A stretch of DNA of 64,000 nucleotides from Gordonia sp. (in: high G+C Gram-positive bacteria) (GTDB taxonomy: Bacteria; Actinomycetota; Actinomycetes; Mycobacteriales; Mycobacteriaceae), in assembly GCA_047605365.1 (NCBI GenBank), contig JASGFV010000001.1:24849-88848 (forward strand). Reading direction: 5' to 3'. Numbering within the stretch: the first letter of the stretch is position 1; every line of letters starts with the position of its first letter. Below, piece after piece: positions 57,584 to 64,000 of this stretch. The position numbers and the translations under genes were made by a program. The notes below the pieces were generated by a model. It saw only the letters and a list, made by a program, of their open reading frames with translations. It was not told the origin of the DNA and did no database searches.

Positions 57584-57929
57584 TTCAGCGGGGCCGGACA
57601 CGTTCTCCGGCGGTGGTGAGGAAGATCTCACCACGCAGCCGGGCGCGGCGTCGGGCGGCGTCCAGCCCGCCCTGTCCGATCATCTGTGGCTGTACGACGA
57701 CGGCGCCATCTGGGACCTCGGACCGGCGCTGGTCGACGCCGACCATGACGGCGTCCTCGAGTCGCTGACCAGGGGGGCAGCCGGGGGAATGACCGTGTAC
57801 ACCGACCGTGACCTGGACGGCCGGATCGATCGGATCACGGCCGTGCAGGCGACCGGGGAGACCCGGGTGGCCGACCTGGACCTCGCCACCGGGCAGTGGC
57901 AGTCCACTGCGCTCGGCCGATTGGACTAA
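57567..57929 (+). CDS. Small acidic protein with DxDxDG motifs (DUF6802-like)
   Basis: [24 protein letters not shown]; RBS gagggg; overlaps the upstream stop. Confidence 0.65.
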   Translation: MHEWLDSAGPDTFSGGGEEDLTTQPGAASGGVQPALSDHLWLYDDGAIWDLGPALVDADHDGVLESLTRGAAGGMTVYTDRDLDGRIDRITAVQATGETRVADLDLATGQWQSTALGRLD

Positions 57930-58047
57930 GGACCCGAAAAGGGCCGACCTGTCTGGGGAAATCGCCCACCTCGGGCGTATCATATGGACCACTGTTCGTG
58001 CGTTCTATTCGCATGCGCCGCGTCAGCCGTATACAGGAGACTGCTCA

Positions 58048-59868
58048 ATGACCTCTGTGACCATTCCGGGACTCGAGCCTGGCAATGCACCCACCAACCA
58101 TCCCGGCCTGCTGGCGTGGGTCGCCGAGGTCGCGGAGCTCTGTCAGCCGGACCGCGTGGTGTGGTCCGACGGCAGCGATGCCGAGTGGGACCGCCTGACC
58201 GCCGAGCTCGTCGAGGCCGGCACCCTGACCAAGCTGAACGAGGAGCGCAAGCCCAACTCGTTCCTGGCGCTCTCCGATCCGGCCGACGTCGCGCGCGTCG
58301 AGTCGCGCACCTTCATCTGCAGCGAGACCGAAGAGGCCGCCGGCCCCACCAACAACTGGGTGGACCCGGACGAGATGCGCGCGACGATGACCGACCTATA
58401 CCGCGGATGCATGCGCGGCCGCACCATGTTCGTCGTGCCGTTCTGCATGGGCCCGCTGGGCTCGGACGACCCGAAGCTCGGTGTGGAGATCACCGACTCG
58501 GAGTACGTCGTGCTCTCGATGCGCATCATGACCCGCGTCGGCCCGCAGGTGCTCGACGCCCTCGGCGAGGACGGCTTCTTCGTGAAGGCGCTGCACTCGG
58601 TCGGCGCCCCGCTGGAGCCGGGCCAGGAAGACGTGCCGTGGCCGTGCAACTCCGAGAAGTACATCGTGCAGTTCCCCGAGGACCGCGTGATCTGGTCGTA
58701 CGGCTCGGGGTACGGCGGCAACGCGCTGCTGGGCAAGAAGTGCTACGCGCTGCGCATCGCGTCGGCGATGGCCCACGACGAGGGCTGGCTGGCCGAGCAC
58801 ATGCTGATCCTCAAGCTGACCAGCCCCGAGGGCAAGGTCTACTACGTCGCCGCTGCGTTCCCGTCGGCCTGCGGTAAGACCAACCTCGCGATGATCGAGC
58901 CGACCCTGCCGGGCTGGCGCGCCGAGACCGTCGGCGACGACATCGCCTGGATGCGCTTCGGCGAAGACGGCCGCCTGTACGCGATCAACCCGGAGTTCGG
59001 CTTCTTCGGCGTCGCGCCGGGCACCAGCTACGACTCCAACCCGACCGCGATGAAGACCATCGAGGCCGGCAACACTCTCTACACCAACGTGGCGCGCACC
59101 GACGACGGCGACGTGTGGTGGGAGGACATGGGCGAGGCCCCCGACCATCTGATCGACTGGCACGGCAACGACTGGACCCCGGAGTCCGAGCAGAAGGCCG
59201 CGCACCCGAACTCGCGCTACTGCACCCCGATGTCGCAGTGCCCGACCCTCGCCGCCGAGTGGGACGATCCGGCCGGTGTGCCGATCTCGGCGATCGTGTT
59301 CGGCGGACGCCGCAAGACCACCGTCCCGCTGGTCAGCCAGGCTCGCGACTGGGATCACGCCGTGTTCATGGGCGCCACCGTCGGCTCCGAGCAGACCGCC
59401 GCCGCCGAGGGCAAGGTCGGCACCGTCCGCCGCGACCCGATGGCGATGCTGCCGTTCCTCGGCTACAACGTCGGCGACTACTTCCAGCACTGGCTGAACA
59501 TCGGCAAGCGCGAGGGCGCTCAGCTGCCGGCCGTGTTCTACGTGAACTGGTTCCGCCGCGGCGACGACGGCCGCTTCCTGTGGCCGGGCTTCGGCGAGAA
59601 CAGCCGTGTGCTCAAGTGGATGGTCGACCGCATCGAGGGCAACGTCGCCGGCGTCGAGACGCCGGTCGGCATCGTCGCAGCCCCGGGTGAGATCGACACC
59701 ACCGGTCTCGACGTCTCCGAGGCCGATCTGGCCGAGGCGCTCGCCGTCGACGCCGCCGAGTGGAACGCCGAGCTGCCTAGCATCGACGAGTGGTTCGAGT
59801 TCGTCGGGCCCAAGCTGCCCGCGGAACTGACCGAGGAGCTCGCGCGCCTGCGTAAGAACCTGGCCTGA
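58048..59868 (+). CDS. pckG: Phosphoenolpyruvate carboxykinase (GTP)
   Basis: [60 protein letters not shown]; RBS aggaga. Confidence 0.95.
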   Translation: MTSVTIPGLEPGNAPTNHPGLLAWVAEVAELCQPDRVVWSDGSDAEWDRLTAELVEAGTLTKLNEERKPNSFLALSDPADVARVESRTFICSETEEAAGPTNNWVDPDEMRATMTDLYRGCMRGRTMFVVPFCMGPLGSDDPKLGVEITDSEYVVLSMRIMTRVGPQVLDALGEDGFFVKALHSVGAPLEPGQEDVPWPCNSEKYIVQFPEDRVIWSYGSGYGGNALLGKKCYALRIASAMAHDEGWLAEHMLILKLTSPEGKVYYVAAAFPSACGKTNLAMIEPTLPGWRAETVGDDIAWMRFGEDGRLYAINPEFGFFGVAPGTSYDSNPTAMKTIEAGNTLYTNVARTDDGDVWWEDMGEAPDHLIDWHGNDWTPESEQKAAHPNSRYCTPMSQCPTLAAEWDDPAGVPISAIVFGGRRKTTVPLVSQARDWDHAVFMGATVGSEQTAAAEGKVGTVRRDPMAMLPFLGYNVGDYFQHWLNIGKREGAQLPAVFYVNWFRRGDDGRFLWPGFGENSRVLKWMVDRIEGNVAGVETPVGIVAAPGEIDTTGLDVSEADLAEALAVDAAEWNAELPSIDEWFEFVGPKLPAELTEELARLRKNLA

Positions 59869-59879
59869 CCTTTTCGCTC

Positions 59880-59915
59880 AGAACCCCCGGACGCCGTCGT
59901 GCGTCCGGGGGTTCT
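59880..59915 (+). terminator. Intrinsic terminator after pckG
   Basis: agaacccccggacgc-N6-gcgtccgggggttct followed by T/G tail. Confidence 0.8.
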
Positions 59916-59927
59916 TGTGCTGTGCGG

Positions 59928-60002
59928 CGTCGCCGGACCCGTCGCCGGACCCGTCGACGAGCTCAGGGAGCGACCCGACCCGCCGTCTGAGCTTTGTCGA
60001 AG
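59928..60002. repeat. 12-bp tandem repeat followed by a degenerate REP-like inverted pair
   Basis: (cgtcgccggacc)x2+; tcgacgagctcagggagcg ... cgtctgagctttgtcgaag. Confidence 0.5.
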
Positions 60003-60075
60003 CCTCTGGCGGCTCAGGCGTACTGGGGGAGATTCCTGATGGCGTCCGGGGGCGATCTCTGGAACCGTAGAACTC

Positions 60076-60891
60076 ATGACTCACACCGCAGAGGCACCCG
60101 GAGCAGCAGTGGCGGCGCAGGCCGTGGATTTGGTCAAGACCTACGGCAGCGGCGATACCACCGTTCATGCGCTCCGCGGCGTTTCCGTGGGGTTCAACGC
60201 CGGCGAGTTCACCGCAATCATGGGGCCGTCGGGCTCGGGCAAGTCGACGTTGATGCACTGCCTGGCCGGGCTCGACACGGCGTCCGGCGGAGTCGTGCAG
60301 ATCGGTGACATCGTCCTCGGAGGCCTGTCCGACCGCGCCATGACCAAGCTCCGCCGCGACCGGATCGGCTTCGTGTTCCAGGCGTTCAACCTGGTCCCGA
60401 CGCTGACCGCGGCCGAGAACATCACGCTCCCGCTCGACATCGCCGGGCGGAAGCCCGATCAGCAGTGGTACGACGCCGTGGTCGACCGGCTCGGCCTGCG
60501 CGACCGCCTCAGTCACCGCCCCAGCGAGCTGTCCGGCGGACAGCAGCAGCGCGTCGCGTGTGCCCGCGCCCTGGTCGGCCGGCCCGACATCATCTTCGGC
60601 GACGAGCCGACCGGCAACCTCGATTCCCGTTCGTCGGGTGAGGTGCTGTCGATCCTGCGCGCCGCCGTCGACGAGTTCGGGCAGACCGTCGTGATCGTCA
60701 CGCACGACCCGCGCGCGGCGTCGTACGCCGACCGGGTGATCTTCCTGGCCGACGGCCAGATCGTCCGCGAGCTGCGCACACCGACGGCCGACGACGTCTT
60801 CGAGGTGATGAAGCACCTCGACGATCCGGCGGCCAAGTCGTCCGGTGCGAGCGCACCCGACGCCGACGCTCCGAACGACGAGGTGAACTGA
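60076..60891 (+). CDS. ABC transporter ATP-binding protein (LolD/MacB type)
   Basis: GPSGSGKST, GFVFQAFNL, LSGGQQQR, DEPTGNLD, VTHD. Confidence 0.92.
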   Translation: MTHTAEAPGAAVAAQAVDLVKTYGSGDTTVHALRGVSVGFNAGEFTAIMGPSGSGKSTLMHCLAGLDTASGGVVQIGDIVLGGLSDRAMTKLRRDRIGFVFQAFNLVPTLTAAENITLPLDIAGRKPDQQWYDAVVDRLGLRDRLSHRPSELSGGQQQRVACARALVGRPDIIFGDEPTGNLDSRSSGEVLSILRAAVDEFGQTVVIVTHDPRAASYADRVIFLADGQIVRELRTPTADDVFEVMKHLDDPAAKSSGASAPDADAPNDEVN

Positions 60892-60895
60892 CCTC

Positions 60896-63472
60896 ATGGC
60901 CTCGAACACCATGCGCAAGGTCTCACTGAGAAGCCTTGCCGCACACAAACTTCGACTGGTTCTCACGGTCTTCTCCGTGCTGCTGGGCACCAGCTTCGTC
61001 GCTGCCGCGGTGATCTTCACCTCCAGCATCCAGAGCGCGTTCGACGGTATCTTCGACAATGTGGCGCGCGGCGTCGCCGTCGAAGTGACTGCGGCCGAAC
61101 AGCAGTCGCCGGGCGTGCCGGTCACCGTGCTGCACGACTTGCAGGCCGACAGGCGCAAGCTCGGCCTGAACAAGGTCACCGTCGACTACACCGGCCCGGT
61201 GGCCCTCGCCGACTCGCAGGGCAAGGCCGTGCAGACCGGCGGCGCGCCGAGCATCGGCTCGGCCTACACGCCTCCCGACCAGGCGATCGACGCCGGCGGC
61301 CTCAAGCTGGTCTCGGGCCGTGCCCCGGAGAACTCGTCGGAGATCGTGCTCAACAGGTCTGCCGCCGAGAAGGCCGGCCTGAAGGTGGGTTCCAAGACCA
61401 AGGTCGCGCTCGGCACCGGCACCAAGGCGCCGCTGGACGTCACCGTCGTGGGCCTCCTCGACGGGCCCGTCGCCTCCGGCGGATTCGTGAACGTGCAGTT
61501 CGACCGGGCCACCGCGGAGAGCCTGTTCTCCGACGGCGACTACGTCGCGTCGATCGGCGCGTCGGCGCTGCCGGGAGTCTCCGACACCCAGGCGCAGACC
61601 AACGTGCGCGAGTTCCTGGCGCAGAAGCAACAAGACCCGAAGGCGGCGTCGCCGTACAAGGTTCGCACCGGTGAGCAGGTGCGCGAGGACCAGAAGGCCG
61701 AGGTCTCGACCTTCCTGAACATCTTCCGCGGCATCCTGCTGGCGTTCGCGGCGATCGGGCTGATCGTCGGCACCTTCATCATCTACAACACCTTCTCGAT
61801 GATCGTCGCCCAGCGGAACCGCGAACTCGCGCTGCTCCGGGCGATCGGCGCCAGCCGCCAGGACGTCTCGCGGTCGGTGCTGCTGGAGGCACTGATCGTC
61901 GGCATCATCGGCGGCGCCATCGGGCTGGGGCTCGGCGTCGGCATCGCCGCGATCATGAAGGCCGCACTGGGCGGTTCCGGACTGCCCGACGGCGGACTGG
62001 TCGTCGGCATTCCGGCCGTACTGTCGGCGATCTTCGTCGGCATCGTGGTGACCCTGCTCAGCGCCTGGATCCCGGCGCGGCGGGCCTCGCGGGTGCCGCC
62101 GGTGGAGGCCATGCGCGCCAATACCGTCGAGCCGGGCGCAGGTTCCCTGCGCACCCGCACCACGCTCGCCGTGGTGCTCGGCGCGCTCGGCGGCGGAGCG
62201 CTGATCCTGGGGATCGTGCTGTCCGGTCTGCCCGCGGTTCTGTTCATCGGGCTGGCCGCGGTGCTGATCGTCTTGGGCGTGGTGCTCGGTGCGCCGGCAC
62301 TGTCGCAGCCGGTGGTCGGCGGCATCGGCCGCCTGCTCCAGGCGCCGTTCGGCACGGTCGGCAAGCTGGCCCGCACCAACGCCGTCCGCAACCCGCGACG
62401 CAGTGCGGCCACCGCGTTCGCCCTGACCATCGGTCTGATGCTGGTGGTGATCATCGGCACGCTCGGCGCCTCGTTCAAGGGCGCCGTCAACAACACGGTC
62501 GACAAGGATCTGAAGGCCGACTACGTGGTCGCCGGAAACCAGGGCGTCCCGATGTCGACGGCGCTCGGCGTCGCGCTGAAGGACGTGCCGGATGCGTCGA
62601 GCGTCGTGTCGTTCGACGTGGCGTACGTGAAGGCGGGCGATTCGCGGACCGTCGCCACTACGCCGATCGGCGGCGAGATCAGCGACGTGACGGTGGTGCA
62701 CACCGTCGCCGGATCGGGCGAATTGCCCGCGGACGGCATGTTGGTCAGCGAGAACACGCGGCGCGACAACGGCTGGGGCGTCGGCGACGTCGTGAAACTG
62801 CAGTCGATGACCGGCGTCGAGGTCCCGGTGAAGGTGGCGGGCGTCTACGAGCAGAACGAGGTGCTCGGCGCCTGGCTCATCGGCAACGAGGCGTTCGACG
62901 AGGTCGCGCCGATCGCCGCCCAGCGGATGACGGGCGCGGTGCTGGTCAAGGCGAAGCCGGGCACGGATCTGAAGCAGCTGCGCACACAGCTCGAGGACGC
63001 CGCCAAACCATTCCTGACCGCGCAGGTGCAGAGCCGCGAGGAGTTCAAGAACTCGATCTCGGGCACCATCAATTCGATGATGTCGGTGCTGTACGCCTTG
63101 CTCGGGCTGGCGCTGGTGATCGCGGTGCTCGGCATCGTGAACACGCTGGCGCTGTCGGTGGTGGAGCGCAAGCGGGAGATCGGCATGCTCCGCGCCGTCG
63201 GCATGAGCCGCCCGCAGGTACGTCGCACCATCTATCTCGAGTCGGCGTACATCGCAGTGTTCGGCGCACTGCTGGGTGTGGTGATCGGTCTGGCGGTCGG
63301 TCTGCCGCTGGCGCGTTCGTTGCGTCACTGGGGCCTGAACTCGGTGGTGGTCCCGTGGTCGCTGATCGTGGTGACGCTGGTCGGCGCGGCGGTGGTGGGC
63401 GTGATCGCGGCCCTGTGGCCGGCGTTCACCGCGGCCCGCACCAGACCGCTGGAGGCGATCACCGAGGCGTGA
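60896..63472 (+). CDS. FtsX-like/MacB-type ABC transporter permease (double module)
   Basis: IYNTFSMIVAQR.RELALLRAIGA, NTLALSVVER.REIGMLRAVG. Confidence 0.9.
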   Translation: MASNTMRKVSLRSLAAHKLRLVLTVFSVLLGTSFVAAAVIFTSSIQSAFDGIFDNVARGVAVEVTAAEQQSPGVPVTVLHDLQADRRKLGLNKVTVDYTGPVALADSQGKAVQTGGAPSIGSAYTPPDQAIDAGGLKLVSGRAPENSSEIVLNRSAAEKAGLKVGSKTKVALGTGTKAPLDVTVVGLLDGPVASGGFVNVQFDRATAESLFSDGDYVASIGASALPGVSDTQAQTNVREFLAQKQQDPKAASPYKVRTGEQVREDQKAEVSTFLNIFRGILLAFAAIGLIVGTFIIYNTFSMIVAQRNRELALLRAIGASRQDVSRSVLLEALIVGIIGGAIGLGLGVGIAAIMKAALGGSGLPDGGLVVGIPAVLSAIFVGIVVTLLSAWIPARRASRVPPVEAMRANTVEPGAGSLRTRTTLAVVLGALGGGALILGIVLSGLPAVLFIGLAAVLIVLGVVLGAPALSQPVVGGIGRLLQAPFGTVGKLARTNAVRNPRRSAATAFALTIGLMLVVIIGTLGASFKGAVNNTVDKDLKADYVVAGNQGVPMSTALGVALKDVPDASSVVSFDVAYVKAGDSRTVATTPIGGEISDVTVVHTVAGSGELPADGMLVSENTRRDNGWGVGDVVKLQSMTGVEVPVKVAGVYEQNEVLGAWLIGNEAFDEVAPIAAQRMTGAVLVKAKPGTDLKQLRTQLEDAAKPFLTAQVQSREEFKNSISGTINSMMSVLYALLGLALVIAVLGIVNTLALSVVERKREIGMLRAVGMSRPQVRRTIYLESAYIAVFGALLGVVIGLAVGLPLARSLRHWGLNSVVVPWSLIVVTLVGAAVVGVIAALWPAFTAARTRPLEAITEA

Positions 63473-63519
63473 CCTCGCAGGCGCCCCTTGTCGATCTTTG
63501 ACGCCGGTACCGTGGAGTC

Positions 63520-64000
63520 ATGACGTTCGACAATGACCCGAACCGGCCGTCGACCCGGCGGATGGACCCGATCGACCCGCAGACCGGGTACGACGCGCAG
63601 CCGCCCGCGGGCCCGCCGGCCGGCTCGGGCTCCGGCTCGGGACGCGGCCGTACCGCGCTGCTGGCGATCCTTGCGCTGGTGGCGCTGGTCGTCGTCGCGG
63701 GAGCCGCCTATCTGCTGCTGCGTGGCGACGGCAGTGACGACGCCGCCGTCGCCCCGGTCACCGCCACGACCTCCGAGACCACCGAGTCGTCGGCGCCGAC
63801 CACCACCACCTCGTCGGAGACGTCGGGCACCACCACCAGCACCACGACGTCCGTGCCGCAGTCGGGCTCGGTGACCTACCGGTTCACCGGCGACGGCGAC
63901 CTGGTCGGCATCCGGTACCGCACGTCGGCGGGGGAGACCGTGGTGGCCGCGGCCTCCTCACCGTGGTCCGCGAAGGCCGAACTCGGCAGTCGCGGTCCGG
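63520..64000 (+). CDS. Membrane-anchored Thr/Ser-rich protein with possible MmpS-like domain, 3'-truncated by window edge
   Basis: Translated by hand: MTFDNDP..., TM ALLAILALVALVVVAGAAYLLL, T/S-rich linker, VTYRFTG.G....IRY.........PWS; TACCGT -10 6 nt before ATG. Confidence 0.65.
   Translation, partial: MTFDNDPNRPSTRRMDPIDPQTGYDAQPPAGPPAGSGSGSGRGRTALLAILALVALVVVAGAAYLLLRGDGSDDAAVAPVTATTSETTESSAPTTTTSSETSGTTTSTTTSVPQSGSVTYRFTGDGDLVGIRYRTSAGETVVAAASSPWSAKAELGSRGP

Overview
64 kb of a high-GC Mycobacteriales chromosome; gene content suggests a Gordonia-like organism (inference). The right half follows the conserved mycobacterial block L,D-transpeptidase - zmp1 - Rv0204c-like - mmpL3 - Rv0207c-like - trmB - Rv0209/Rv0210-position genes - pckG. 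That block is interrupted by a decayed IS3-family element, an Lrp-associated polyamine/omega-amine catabolic cluster, a pirin gene and a PBP-like lipoprotein. The left half holds flavin monooxygenases, an organosulfur monooxygenase with a MetNIQ-type transporter, a DUF222-HNH protein, TetR/ROK regulators, GGDEF and adenylate cyclases, fadA/fadB, a sugar porter and R2lox. No rRNA, tRNA or CRISPR array was recognised. The most notable observations are: (1) a degenerate IniC/IniA-like dynamin-family pair plus a DxDxDG protein next to the mmpL3 operon; (2) a Cys-containing leader ORF, absent from the supplied ORF track, upstream of a ROK regulator; (3) a PBP-fold lipoprotein lacking all catalytic motifs; (4) a DUF222-HNH protein with a LexA-like box and a tandem-repeat acidic insert; (5) a DrrA-type ATPase that has lost Walker A by deletion, behind a PafBC-like promoter; (6) a KstR box on an isolated hydrolase; (7) ~31-bp phased Lrp-like sites at two promoters. 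All family assignments come from motif recognition by eye, not database searches.
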